A stretch of DNA of 64,000 bases from Phoronis australis (taxonomy: Eukaryota > Animalia > Phoronida): contig NMRA01000218.1 of NCBI GenBank assembly GCA_002633005.1, forward strand, positions 62,001 to 126,000. The letters run 5' to 3'. The stretch's first letter is position 1. Each line of letters begins with the position of its first letter. A program made the translations under genes and the position numbers. This document shows, piece after piece, positions 13,834-50,460 of this stretch. The notes under the pieces were generated by a model. The model was not told where the DNA came from. It ran no database searches and saw only the letters and a program-made list of their open reading frames with translations.

Positions 13834-14005
13834 CTATGGTACCTTTGAAACACAGTTTTCCTTTAACATTTTAATAAAAAATACACATACAAATCCACAC
13901 ACTAGCATCGACTTTCCGTCTTGTAGTATGATGACGTCACGACTTGACCTTGATATGCCGTTTCTAGGTCATCTTATGAATGAAAGTTGGTGCACGCCAT
14001 CTTTT
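13834..14005 (-). promoter_or_regulatory. Putative non-coding first exon and promoter of the LRR gene
   Basis: Minus-strand donor AG|GTAAGC at 13833. CRE palindrome TGACGTCA at 13932-13939. YY1-like AAGATGGCG on minus at 13995-14003. Locally CpG-richer. Confidence 0.4.
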
Positions 14006-15206
14006 GATGCGCAAGATAAAATCTCAAATGTTACGTTCCGGCCGCGGTTTGAGTGTGTTTACTGTCCAATAATAGCATTTAATGAAACGGCATGATTTTG
14101 TCGGTGGCAGATTATTAAAATTGCATCGACACTGTCTATGTTGAGAACTTGGACCATTTATTTTTGGGCCACATGTACAAATTGAAGAGTGTAATTTTTA
14201 TCCGGGGGGCAAAATAATCATTGTCGATTTATCACAAACATTTTTAAGTCTGGTCTATTAAGTTGGGCAGAAATAGAAACATTTAACAACTAAATCAAAG
14301 TTTTGGAAAAGAGCGCCTTTCAAATAAAAGTTTACTGGTTTGAATTTTTTACAAATATGAGCCCCTGTGGGGATTTGTTCGTTTGTGGTAAATTCGTACT
14401 ACAAATGTAGACTGTGATCATCCATGCCTAGCACTATTATAAAAATTTGTCATGTTTGCCTTACAGTGGATGTTTTCACTTGATGTTTTGCTAAAAATGG
14501 AAGAGGTACAACAGAAGATGAAAGACACACAAACTTCGCAGCCACTGTCTTTGAAGCATTTCGTACTACAAGGTTCACATGGCTGCGGTGGCGGCGAATT
14601 ACGCCACGGCTAACCATAGCGTTTTGGCCCGCAGACAGACGACTCCTGCCCGCAAAAAGGTCATTTTCGCCAGCAGTAACAACAAACGCCTCTCTCCACC
14701 GTCCGTCCATTGAAGTAAGCTGTCTGGCTACAAAACTATACTGGCGAAAACTCCAAAAGGTGTTGGGATAACTCAAACCGCCAGGAAAGCTCTAACAAAA
14801 GACACTTGTGACGGTACACAAGGCTGGCATTCTTGCCATTAGCGAATGTGGTAGCGAAAACGTAAAGATTTAGCCAGTTTGTGAACAGGGCGTCAGTCAC
14901 CTACTGTAATATTCAAGAGCTTTTTAGTAATTTGGTTCAGTTCAATAGGTTTCAGCATGATGCTCACGAAACAAACTTGTGGAATTCTTAGTTTGAAGAG
15001 CTGAATTTCGCCCTGCTGAAAACGAAAATCTTTCTCGGCAGAGGCAATGCGTTCATAAGGCACTTTCGAATTACAGTTTTTTGGTTGGGCAACCTCAACT
15101 TACTCTAGCATTTTCTTGATTCAACGTTCTTGTTGGTAAGAGAAACGGAATTCTATCACAGCAAGGAAATTATGAGCGGACCGATTTTTAAATTAATAAT
15201 AGGATT

Positions 15207-15524
15207 CAGTGGCGGATTTAGGGCGAGGCCAAGGGGGCCATGGTCCCCCCTAAAATTCTACCAGATACCATTTGGCAGATCGGGAACAAATTGTCGACTA
15301 GTACATGCACGTAACCAGCAGGGTTCGGGGGGTGAATAAGCAATGCATAGGCCCTGAACAAACCCCGTTTACCGTTTTTTTAGTCAAAAGGTCCGAAAAC
15401 TCAAAAATTAGAGACCCCTGCATCCGTACATTTTAGCTTAGGCTGGGCGCGCGCATTTGCCGAAATTCTGGTTATTCCTGAGCCCTGCCCCCTCCCCTAA
15501 CTCAAAATCCTGGATCCGCCCATG
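15207..15524. mobile_element. hAT-like MITE
   Basis: TIRs CAGTGGCGGATTTAGG / CCTGGATCCGCCCATG. Both ends are flanked by GGATT (candidate 5-bp TSD). Confidence 0.65.
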
Positions 15525-18289
15525 GGATTACAACTTATTTTGTGCGAAATAAATTAAGTGCACCATAAATCTATCGAATAAGTTGCTGTTGTTATATTCA
15601 TACATGGTATATTGCAAGTTGAGCAACCTTACCAATGAAAAGACGTCAATGTTCGATTACATTTTACAGTTTACATTCCTGCACTTGTTAGCCATGATAA
15701 AATATAACTTGTTCCAACAGAAAAAAACGCATTGATGTTCTGGACGCCATCACTATGAATCAAATCGATAAAACACATAGATGTTAGTGTCAAGTTTAAA
15801 GTTGATGAGCCCGACTTTGGCGTTAGAGACCATTTAAATTCAATTAAATCAATTTTTGTATTTGATGCATCGAAATATACATCGAGTAATGATTCATGAA
15901 CTTTCACCCGGGTAAAAAATCTACTAATCCGCGTATCCTCCTTGCTTTCTACAATTATAATCGCGGAATACTTTCACTGGTGTCTTCTCGGAATAACCGT
16001 GGTACTGTAATAAAACCATCTTCTATTGCCAAGGTTTATTTTGTGGATAAAAAATAGATGTATTTGTTGAAAAGTTAAAATTTCGTGAAATGCTTCGTAG
16101 TTTCAATTACGAACAATTAAAAATGATGAAAACAATAATTCACGGAAAAGTTTATTAACAAGAAGAACAAAGTCATTTGTAATAAATTTTTACTAAAACC
16201 CTTCAACTTGAACTTCATTGAAGGCATATAAAATTGCCACTCAGTGTTCAACGACAAGCAAGACCAGAAGGCTTTGTTCTACTTTCGAAATTAAAACACT
16301 TGAAGTTAAAAATAATTAGCTAGAGGAATAATATTCAATGACTTCAGGGCTCGGGGACTAATCTTCTTACTGGGAACTTGACTAAAAACTGACTACTTGC
16401 ATAGCATACCTCGAGTAACCAACAATTTTATACTCAAAGGACATTAGACGTTGGGTCCAGGATTCTATACGTGGGTGAAGCTATGATGCAACGTTGTGAA
16501 TTAGCTATTGCTGTATAGTTGAAATTACAGCGATATTTTAAGGCATTGGTTTGAGTGTCTGTAAAACTGAAATACATGTGCTTTGATACTGGAAATGCTT
16601 TTGAAGAATTCAATAACTTGGGTTTGTCTATCTCGAAATTTCGCTTTTATTAAAACGTAGGATTGCTACCATGTATATATATGCATATAGCAGGACCATG
16701 TTCCAATACTTGTAGCTGTGCTTATATCGGAAATTAAGCACATGCGGCTATACGCGAATCAGTTGAGCAAACCCATGCTTGGCAGTGATGCTCTGGATAT
16801 AAACACACCTCATTCATTATTTTTTTCTTAGTTATAAGCTACTTAGTTCGTGGAATGCAGTGAAACTCTTGCATACGATACAAGCTCTCATAATACGCCG
16901 AAACATACTGCATGCATTTAGTTTGTAACTTAATTTTAAACAATATGTTTTCAGTTGAACACTGTTGGCATTTTCCCTAGTTTTATTGGGGAAATCATTT
17001 CCTTCAGAACATTTATTCGTTATTTAAACCTGTTTCAATAAGTAGTTCGCTAGTTTGTGCAACAGTTTGTCACTGAACTTATACTTGTTATTGCCACGGG
17101 TCATATTTTCAAGTGAACCTATCAGACAGTTTTATTAGTTTTGAAACAATTGAAATGCCCTGTAAAACCGAGTTTTGTAGAAATGTTTCGAACTTTATAC
17201 GCCTTTACCGAGGAGTATGCGAATAGGCATATGCGCCTATCGAGAAACACTTTTGAAAAAAACCCATTATTTTGGATATACGCGCATTAGTGGAGCTTAA
17301 TACGCACGCACGGTAGTCAGGTTGTTTTTAATAAAATCAAACTTGTGTGCTTCCACTGCCTCGTCTTGGCTTTCAAAAGAATTTTAAACATAGCAAAATG
17401 TTGGGCAAATTATATATGACAGCTTTCCAAAATAAAATTACTAGGTTGACCCCTGGCTTGGATGTATACTACGTTGGACCCTGGCTTGGGTGTATTTGCA
17501 GCTTCAGAAGAGAAGTGTTCTGCATTTCTACTTCCGAACTGTTTTCGACAAAGTTTACTCAAAATCTGAACAAAACCTCTTGTCATTATTTTATTTTTAA
17601 ACCGTTTGATGCATGAGCTTAAAAGTGGTTAGAATTTTCATTGCTGGTTTCGGCCGACAATTGAAGGTGGCAATATTCCCACCTTCTGTTAAAAAAACAA
17701 CATTTGATTTATGCCACTTACCGTAATGCAATAGGCCTCAAATTTTTCCTTAACATCAAATTGGAGATTATTCCATTGTTTCAGAAGAACTGACAGTTCG
17801 TTATTGTTTGAGACCAGGCTCTTCAACTTGGTTTGTCACGGCGTGTTATTTTATGCGCCTGGTATATGGTCCCTGGCTGAAAATAACAAACTGTTGTCTT
17901 TCCGCAAACCCAACAACCACTTCTCACCTGATTAGAAACAAGTTGTGACAGCCTCCTCGGCTGTGCGGTCGGTTGATCAAGCGACGTGCATTTTACCAGG
18001 CTAGAGAACTAATCTCCACACCCTTTGGCTAACGTACAACTTGCCGCCCGGCCCGAGCGTATATCTGTCTTCTGTGCTGTTTTGTTTAGTCTTCAAAAGG
18101 TAGCGCAACAATCGCAACATAACTTTCATTTTTGGGGAGGTTAATCCGTTTTTGAATTGCTTCTAATAGATTGCACGGCTGAAATGGTTATATAGAACTC
18201 CTATGGACTAAAACGTACCATAAATATTTTGGATTTTCGAATTTTGAGATTCCAATATATGGTTATTATTTACCTCAGGGGCACATGTA

Positions 18290-18426
18290 ATCCATTTTGC
18301 CGCCATTTTAGACTCTGTCCTGGAAGGTCACGCTTTGTGTTTGTAATCCATTTTACACTCGCAGTGCTCAGTGACTAGCCACTGATCGTACTCTCATGTT
18401 TTGTGTTTGTAACCTGGTCTCGTAAA
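18290..18426 (+). promoter_or_regulatory. SMC3 proximal promoter/5'UTR with YY1-like motif
   Basis: GCCGCCATTTT at 18299-18309, about 120 bp upstream of the SMC3 ATG; typical of housekeeping-gene TSS regions. Confidence 0.4.
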
Positions 18427-42146
<23,720 letters not shown>

Positions 42147-43628
42147 GTGAATATTGTGTGAGGCAAAGAAGGTATTGGACTTAGCTGACAGTGACAATGA
42201 CAGTGTTTACTGAATAGCAAGGGGAAGGAGTTGATTCCATTTATAGTGATGCATGGTGTGTCTAGGTCATGGTTATGATCTCTGGATAGATTTTTGTGCT
42301 GTAAAGATGCAATTTCTTTAGCCTGTGTTAGTTCAGCTAAATAATTTCGTTTGCCTTTGTTAGTTCAGCTATTTACTGGAAGCTTAAGGCATTGTTAGGT
42401 CACGATGTTAAAAACGTCCTAGCAGTATAAATTAAGATAGTTACTGGAGATTATCCTCCAATGTCCTCTGTTGGATATCTATGATCAAGGATTGAGGAGG
42501 AAGACTTGTATTGTTCGTCAGTCTTTTGACGTGTAGTTTGTACTATTGATTACCATGAGTGTTTTCTATTTGGTGTTATTATTTAGTTTTCATCTGGGTT
42601 GTATCAGACTGTTGCCTTCTCTGTTCTCCCTTGTTGTTTGTTGTATTGTTGAAAAATGACACCAGGTGGCCTCCATGCTTGTATTCACCATCTGTGAATG
42701 TACTGATCCCTTCAATGAAGAGATCAGTCTCTTAATGTTGTTACTGTTGCATCATGATGATGAGTTAGTTATTAAAGTTCTGAAGTTTCAATTATGTTGA
42801 AGATGTAGGTGTCCTTGTTCTTTTGTCGTGTCAAGGTTTTAGATTGCAACATAATTGATGTCACTTATAATTGTTGAGAATTATTTTGGAAAGTTAGTTG
42901 AAGTTATTTAAGTAAATATAAGCTGTCATTCATTTTCTGATGAATTGTGAAATTATTATACAGCTGTTTGATTTTTATTTTTAGGTCTCTAGAAACTGTA
43001 TGGTCTGTGTTGAGAAAGTAAATTCTATGGATAGGTGTTGCTACTATCTCGTCAGTTCGTGTTTTTGTAACTCTAAATATTTTTATGAAAGTGCTTTTAT
43101 TGTATTTTTGTTATACTAATCAATTGAAGTATTGCTTTCAAATTCAGTCATTAAGTAAGTTATGAGTTGATGCAACCCTTTAATTAGGTGCGGTAAGCGG
43201 TTAATTGTTCAAATGCAGATGTCTTGTCTTGTTCTTTTTATGAAGTGTTTGTAAACGGACACAGAGTGGGCTTAAGACTGTTGGAGCAAGTGGGGGGTTT
43301 AGTGTCAACTTTAAGTAGCAGTGGTAGTAGTACAGCCTCTCCAAATAGATCCTATTAGAGTGTTTGGGGTCTGGAAAATTTACCCTGTCAAAAAGGAGAA
43401 CCAAGGAAATTTGGACCCTTTAACCCAAGTTTGTGTTTCATGTCAGTATTGCGATGAAGGAACCCTTGAACACATTGGTACATGCATGCTGAGATTTTTT
43501 AGTATGGTATAGTGTATCCCTACAATGTAGGCTTCGAATTCTTGTGGAAACAACTATTTTGGTCAAGTAATGGTATTCTTTGCCACATTTGTGTTGTTTA
43601 ATACATTTAAATATCATCAAAAGCACCA

Positions 43629-43774
43629 AATAAAAATACTGTTGCATTTTATATGTTTACATTTTTCTGCTGTACACATGTTCAGGTTGTTCATTCCTTG
43701 TTGTTCGTAGTCACATGTTTAGATAGAAAAAGCATTCTTTAGTGTTCTGTTATTTTGTACATAGGAGGAATAAA
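43629..43774 (+). terminator. Candidate SMC3 polyadenylation signals
   Basis: AATAAA at 43629 and 43769; the latter is followed by a GT/T-rich downstream tract (tgtttttgcttttggttttatt). Confidence 0.45.
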
Positions 43775-44515
43775 ATATTTCTAAATAATGTTTTTGCTTT
43801 TGGTTTTATTCACTGCATTGTAACAATCAACACTGCATTGCAAGGGTACAAAAACAAGGAAGCAAAAACATCTTTCTGGCAGATCTAGGATGTCGTACAT
43901 AAAGGGGGAGGGGGGAGGGGAGATATCTCAACCTTAGGATGAAACTAATTGGCAGCTTGGCAACATTTTTCACTGTACCAGGAGAGATGGGGATGGGCCG
44001 GATGGGGATACGGGCTACCTCCCTAAATCTGCTTGTGACTTTGATTTTGAGAGCAAATTAATTTTAGTTGGGATGAAGTTTTGGATTATGCAAATTATCT
44101 GAATTGTATTGTTGAAGCCTACATAGTTTTAAAACCAGTTGTTGGCACACATCCATGATGTACCTTAGGTAATATTCATTTTTAGCTGTCTGCTCATCAC
44201 CATTAGGAGCTTATTCACCATAATTATTTATTCCACTTCTATCAGATGATGTCTTGCTTTTTCCATTAGTGTTTTAGACCAAAAACCTCTAGACTGAAAC
44301 TTCCGCGAGTTTGACCATATATTAAAGGTTTGAAAATCGAGATTGGTTTGCTGTGCGTGAACTTGGAATTGAAGTTACAGTTAAGGCAATCGGGTGCAGT
44401 GATTTTTTTGTTCAGTGTTAAGAATTTTTGAAATTAATGGCCTCACGATCACCTATTTTATCATTTACCGTAACTTGTGTCACAGAATCGGAGGAATATG
44501 TGAATGATTGAATCA

Positions 44516-45087
44516 GGGCTGTTCCAGGGAGTGAGTAAAATCTGTATGTGAGGGGGGGGGAAGGCACCTTTTTTCGCACCCACCACCCATATTTTTCATT
44601 TATTTCTTCAGCCTACCACCCGTAATTTTTTACAAGTTTGAAATGCAACCACCCGTAATTTTTTTTTTGTGGTTGACTGCACAGGCGCTTGAGTTTATCT
44701 GTTCCTCCAGTCACCACTAACGTCAAATTACTAAGAAAACATATGTTTCTTATATATGGTTATTAGCCATTGAGAAATTCGAGCACCTGTGGTTAACTGG
44801 TGTTATGGGCATGCCAATGAGGAGATCGGAGGGAGTGAAAAAGTCGGAGCTTTTTGCAAGTTGCATTTTTGTTTCAGTTTTTGATTCTGTGTGGATTGTT
44901 TATAAAATTTACCGTAATTTACCCACCATCAAACATTTATGGCCCAATGAAACAACAACGACCTGTAAATTTAAATTTTTTTGAAGTACGACCACCAGCC
45001 ATTTTGAATTTAAATCAAACGCAACCACCCATAAATTTTTATTTCGGCCTTCCCCCCCCTCCCACACAGATTTTGCTGGAACAGCCC
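44516..45087 (+). mobile_element. PIF/Harbinger-like MITE family A, copy 2
   Basis: TIR GGGCTGTTCCAG / CTGGAACAGCCC; TCA TSD at 44513-44515 and 45088-45090. Confidence 0.92.
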
Positions 45088-45334
45088 TCACTTTTTTGTT
45101 TAGTTGGTGAACAAGATCGCCAATAACTGAAAAAAGTTTGGCTAAAATTTACATTATTTTAATAGCATGAAATTTGATTTAGTGCACTGGAAATTTTTAT
45201 CAACGTGAACGTGATTAATTAATTAAACTTGTCAAGTTTCCTCGTGTATTAATTCCAAGTCCATCCATACGCGAGGATCTTCCATGTTCAAACGCACAGC
45301 ACTTTTAACGGTAGAACGGACCAACAGGGTGCGC

Positions 45335-45396
45335 TGCTGTTCACTTCCGCAAATCACGCTTGAAGAATCTGCAGCCGTAAAAATACTGTACAAGGA
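45335..45396 (+). promoter_or_regulatory. Putative promoter and non-coding first exon of the TRIM-NHL gene
   Basis: ETS-like CACTTCCG at 45343; donor GTGAGA at 45397. A strong acceptor tttctattacag ends at 47077, 4 nt before the ATG. Confidence 0.4.
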
Positions 45397-47081
45397 GTGA
45401 GACTCTATTTTTGAAACACATAATATATATCACGTGTAAGTTAGGTGTTTAAAATTTCAAAAATTGATCAAGAATTACGAACTTTATTGCATGTTGCTTC
45501 CTAGTCGGTAAACAAACACTGTTTGAGCTAAGTATTGGCTAGTTGCTTACCGCCTAGTATCGGCCTATCCCGGGCACTTGTTACCCTTGCCCTTGGTTAG
45601 CTGATTCACACCGATAGCCCTCACGTGCATTTTACCAACCGACTTAGCTTCGGGAGCCGAATATTAATTTTTGAGTGATAATTAGACTGAAAACCAAAGA
45701 GCTAAGATTATCTCAAACTTTATCACGCTAAACATTCTCCAATTTGGGACAGGCTAACGGGCTGCCCAGACTCCAGAGTTCAAAATTATGTTTTGTATTT
45801 ATGTAAGATTATTGTCATTACATTACCACGTTTTTAAGTCAAAGTTTCTATTTTAAAAAGGTTTATTCATAGCAAAATAACTCCCCTTGGGCTATTTTAA
45901 TGAAACCCTTGATGTAAATGAAAACTTGACAATTCGTCAAAAACGCTGTTAAATAATTGCCTTTTAAACTTCCTTTTTAGATGTTCTAGAAGCTGTTATC
46001 CTTTACTCCTGCAATTAAGTTAAGATTCAATCCTTTTTCTAGTGCAATTACTTGGCCATGTGCTAAAAATTATCCTTTGTCAGCCAAACTCTTTTTGCTG
46101 TTTTGGCCTATTAACAGAAATTAAAAACGACTCGCATCCAGTTCACTCACTCTGTAACCCTCGACAACCCTCAAAAGTTTAGTGGAAAATTTGAAAACTC
46201 CTTTCAAAGTCTGCTAAACAGGCAAGCTTGACCTTCACTTTTAGCCAATTGCACGGCAACTGTGGGAAAAGACTACCCACCTAGGACCATAATCATTACG
46301 TAAAATTGTCGTGAGGACTTGACTGGGACCTCAGGGGTCTCACACTTCACTGATTTATCCACATTATTTTGAAAACGCTTTAACTGGTCATGCATTGTGT
46401 GTCATAAAACAGATAAGCATACCTGCAGCTGACGCAGCAATTAGAACTACTCTCATTTATCACAGTTGAACTGTGGTTTTCTGTTGACCTCATACCGTCC
46501 GGAGTTGCACCATATACCAACTCCGGACGGTCTCTCACGACGATTTATCGTTGTGTGTCCCATTTGACAATATAAGGAGTACGAGTTCTTAGTTAATTCC
46601 AGCCTTCAACTAGGAAGATTGATGCCAATGATGCATTGGTTGAAGTCATCAAAATGCTTTAGTATTCTTTTAACAGCTGAAGGCTAAGGTTGCTACTTGT
46701 TTTGTTTAGCCAGGTAACCCTTTATTCACTTACTTTTAAAGTAAAAAAACTGAAAGGGAGATAATTGCATTTTCATATCCAACCTATTATTCACAGGTAA
46801 CTGCTTCCATACATTTTGTTTAGTATGTTTTTTCAATCAAAAATTAAATCAGTTGAACATTCCCAGTATAGGGCCATCACCTGGAGGGCTGATGCCCGAT
46901 AGGCGAAGCAGGTAAAAGTTGAATAAACAGGTCCCTCTACAATATGGCTGCCAGGAACCAGTTTTCTGAATAACATGCTGGTTCGCGGCAGCCATTTTGC
47001 TAAGCACAAAAGTTTAAGCACTCTGATTGAATGCTTCTGATAACTATCAGTTAGATCAATATTTATTTCTATTACAGGATC

Positions 47082-49178
47082 ATGAGTGGCAGCCCAAACC
47101 TTCATTCTGCATGTGACCTCATTCGACAGCAGTACCTCTGCTGCCCTGCATGCTGTGACGTGCTGAAGAACCCACGTACCCTGCCGACATGTGGCCATAC
47201 TGCTTGTCTCGAGTGTCTGGTGCTACCTCATGAGGTCCCAGCAGAGATACTGTGCCCATCGTGTGGCATCAACAGCGGCCTGACTGGCTTTGATGCACTT
47301 CATCTGTCCGTGGATGATGAAGTCTCACAACTGCTTACCATACTAGATGCTGTTCAAGTGATGATGCCTGCATGCTCCATGTGTCACGCAAAGGCCTCTG
47401 TGTGGTGTGCTGAGTGTGAAGATGTTATGTGTTCTCAAGGATGCACCGAGTTACATGCAAGATTTTACCCAAAGCACAAAGTGTCCACTTTGATTAGTTC
47501 TAAGGAAACTAATAGTCGATGCTGTAACTGTGATGCATCAAGAGAATACCACTGTATGGAGTGTGACGAGATGTTATGCAGCATTTGTGTGCAAGTTCAT
47601 AACAAGCTGGGAATGAACAGAGGTCACAAGATTAGCAGGTTATCATCTGGAAAGGACATTGGACTTACGGTGAATTACTTTGTGCCGTGTGCAAAGGGTT
47701 GTGAGAAAGGCATCAGGATGTTTTGTGATGACTGTAGCATGTTGTTTTGTGAAACCTGCTTCGCTAATGAACACTGTGGACATGGTGTGCAGAAACTGGC
47801 CAATAAAGAAGAGGAAGTGCTTCGAAATCTTGAACATCAACAAGCGTCACACAGAACGTTGCACAGCGAAGCATTGGCTTGTAGAAGAGTTTTGGACAGT
47901 TACAACGAGAGTGTATTGGAACAATTTTCTGCATTTTCTTTTGAAGTGAAACGCAGTGTTCAGAAAATAAAACGCTGCTTGCAAGAAATTGAACATTCCA
48001 TGTTGGAGGGTGCTAGAGAAGTTCTAAAAATAGAACAGATTGAGCAGGATAGGAGAACTGTTGAGGATTATGTCAACACAACAAACCAGTCTCTGACCCT
48101 GATTTCACAGATGCTCGCTTGCTCATCTTCCAAGCAAATGTTGCCATTGATTGTTTTTGTGAATAACAAGTTATCGCAGCTTCAACATGGTCCAGTAATT
48201 GATACCAACACTGGTCGACTGGTACAGGTAAATCTTGATCTTCCTGTCAGTGACCTCAAGTCGTCCTTGAAAAAAGAACTTGGTGCTATGAAAATCAGAG
48301 AAACTTCTTGGGTAACCCCTCAGACGAATTCATCTGGGACTTTGAGTGAATTAGCAGATGAAGCTGATGTGATTCAGTGTGAATTGATGACAAGCAAACA
48401 GGATTTGAATGCTCCTTGGATATCAGGAATAGCTTGCAGCAAGGATGGACACCTGTTTGCTGTTGATAGAAACAACAAGAAGGTGAAAAATATCAGTGCT
48501 AATATAAAACTCATGTCCGAGTTTCACAACAACTTGTTGAATCCTTTCGATGTTGCACTATATGGTGACAACTTGTTGGCAGTTACGGACACCAAAGGCT
48601 GTTCTGTACAGATTTATGATCATGATGGGGTAGAAATTGATAACAACTTGACCTGCCCCAGAGCGCCATCTGGTATTGCCAGCAGTGGCAGGGAGTTGGT
48701 AATATGTGATGCTGGCAACCAACTGATACATTTCAGTAATGATGAAATGGATGGTTTTGATCTAGAGTGTCAGGAGAGTGGTAAACTGAGTACTGATTAC
48801 AAGCTATGCCATGTGGCTGTTAATAAGAACATTGTTGCCGTCTGTTCTAACAACCAACACTGCATTCAGGTATACAGTAGTAAAGGCAGGTTGTTAAGAA
48901 CTCTTGGTTGCTATGGTAACAACTTAGGTGAGCTGGCCAGTCCAAGAGGCGTTGCTATAGATAACTATGGAAATGTACTTGTGGCTGATACTCTCAACCA
49001 TAGGATACAGGCTTTCATGCCGGATGGAAGGTCTAAAGTCGTAGCTTCTGCCACAAACTCCATAACTAATCCTCATGCTTTGACATTAGATCAGCAGGGA
49101 CATCTGTTAGTGTCTCATGGCAGGAAGTATGGACATGTGCAGTATATAAGCAGACTGAAATACTTGAAGGAAAAGTGA
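47082..49178 (+). CDS. TRIM-NHL family E3 ubiquitin ligase (RING, three B-boxes, coiled coil, NHL repeats), 698 aa, single coding exon
   Basis: Uninterrupted ORF. C3HC4 RING CPACCDVLKNPRTLPTCGHTACLEC...CPSC; B-boxes CSMC...CAEC...C..GC...H...H, CCNC...CMECDEMLCSICVQVH...H and C...C...FCDDCSMLFCETC...HCGH; coiled coil about aa 240-370; NHL repeats such as PFDVAL, PRGVAIDNYGNVLVADTLNHRIQAF and PHALTLD. Confidence 0.93.
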   Translation: MSGSPNLHSACDLIRQQYLCCPACCDVLKNPRTLPTCGHTACLECLVLPHEVPAEILCPSCGINSGLTGFDALHLSVDDEVSQLLTILDAVQVMMPACSMCHAKASVWCAECEDVMCSQGCTELHARFYPKHKVSTLISSKETNSRCCNCDASREYHCMECDEMLCSICVQVHNKLGMNRGHKISRLSSGKDIGLTVNYFVPCAKGCEKGIRMFCDDCSMLFCETCFANEHCGHGVQKLANKEEEVLRNLEHQQASHRTLHSEALACRRVLDSYNESVLEQFSAFSFEVKRSVQKIKRCLQEIEHSMLEGAREVLKIEQIEQDRRTVEDYVNTTNQSLTLISQMLACSSSKQMLPLIVFVNNKLSQLQHGPVIDTNTGRLVQVNLDLPVSDLKSSLKKELGAMKIRETSWVTPQTNSSGTLSELADEADVIQCELMTSKQDLNAPWISGIACSKDGHLFAVDRNNKKVKNISANIKLMSEFHNNLLNPFDVALYGDNLLAVTDTKGCSVQIYDHDGVEIDNNLTCPRAPSGIASSGRELVICDAGNQLIHFSNDEMDGFDLECQESGKLSTDYKLCHVAVNKNIVAVCSNNQHCIQVYSSKGRLLRTLGCYGNNLGELASPRGVAIDNYGNVLVADTLNHRIQAFMPDGRSKVVASATNSITNPHALTLDQQGHLLVSHGRKYGHVQYISRLKYLKEK

Positions 49179-49391
49179 ATAAGTTGAAGCTTTGGTGGAA
49201 AATACCGTTTTGCTTTTCGTTATTAACAGATGTTAGGTGCTTCCAAAGGAAATAATTCTCAATTTATTTGAAATTATGACTAGGTTGGAGTGCTGGAAAA
49301 CTCATTTCACAACAAAGAACCTCAATATTTTCAAACATATATTGTTTGTTTTTCATAGAGACATTATTTTCTTAGAAAAAAAAGTGATTTA

Positions 49392-49960
49392 GGGCTGTTC
49401 CAGTAAAATCTGTATGGGAGGGGGTGGAAGGCACCTTTTTTTCGCACCCACCACCCATATTTTTCATTTATTTCTTCAGCCTACCACCCGTAATTTTTTA
49501 TAAGTTTGAAATGCAACCACCCGTAATTTTTTTTTGTTCTTGTGGTTGACTGCACAGGCGCTTGAGTTTGTCTGTTCCTCCATCACCACTAACGTCATTC
49601 ATTACTAAGAAAACATGATTCTTATATATGGTTATTAGCCATCGAGAAATTCGAGCGCCTGTGGTTGACTGGTGTTATGGGCATGCTGATGGGGAGATCG
49701 GAGGGAGTGAAAAAGTTGGAGCTTTTTGCAAGTTGCATTTTTGTTTCAGTTTTTGATTCTGTGCGGATTGTTTATAAAATTTACTAAAATTACCCACCAT
49801 CAAACATTTATGGCCCAATGAAACAACAACAACCTGTAAATTTTTATTTTTTTGAAGTACGACCACCAGCCATTTTGAATTTAAATCAAACGCAACCGCA
49901 CATAAATTTTTATTTCAGTTGCCTTCCCCCCCTCCCACACAGACTTTGCTGGAACAGCCC
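49392..49960 (+). mobile_element. PIF/Harbinger-like MITE family A, copy 3
   Basis: TIR GGGCTGTTCCAG / CTGGAACAGCCC; TTA TSD at 49389-49391 and 49961-49963. Confidence 0.92.
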
Positions 49961-50295
49961 TTAAAAGCTTCATTAACAACTGCATACATTTCCACAATAT
50001 ATTGCAATAGACAGCTTGTGGGTGTCCAGACTTAGCAGACAAAATTGTTGTATCACCTTGTATCACCCTGCACGTGAGAAACCAGTATGAAGTGGTACAA
50101 ACTTCTTGATATGAAGTACCAGGTTATCACTATTATGCCAAGGGGTCCACCTTGCTCCATATTTTGGAAAAGTTCAAAAACGCATTTCGTACCCTAGCAA
50201 TTTAAAAAGTGAAAATACACTTTCGACTCAAGCTTTACTCTGATATATTATTATTCTACTATTTGACATATGTATAGTTAGTTAGCAGTGATACA

Positions 50296-50460
50296 AGGTA
50301 AAATGTAACAATTTTGTAAAATGTAACAACTGTTACATTTTACGAAAATTTTTCGTTGGTAAGCCTCTCTTTAAATGTAACAAGTTGTTACATTTTACGT
50401 AATCGTTACATTTTACCTGGAATGTGCATGCCAGAAATGTGCCCTTGTTACATTTTACGA
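50296..50460. repeat. Cluster of inverted/direct aaaatgtaac / gttacatttt subrepeats (MITE-like remnant)
   Basis: About seven copies of a 10-nt motif in both orientations. Confidence 0.6.

Noticed and set aside
46833-47198. 121-aa antisense ORF overlapping the TRIM start, and other short six-frame ORFs in repeats or gaps
   Set aside because: No recognisable domain, mostly non-ATG starts; explained as shadow frames, repeat translations or N-runs.
44516-49960. Composite transposon in which two MITE copies mobilised the TRIM-NHL gene
   Set aside because: Each copy has its own matched TSD (TCA/TCA and TTA/TTA) and the outer flanks differ, indicating independent insertions.
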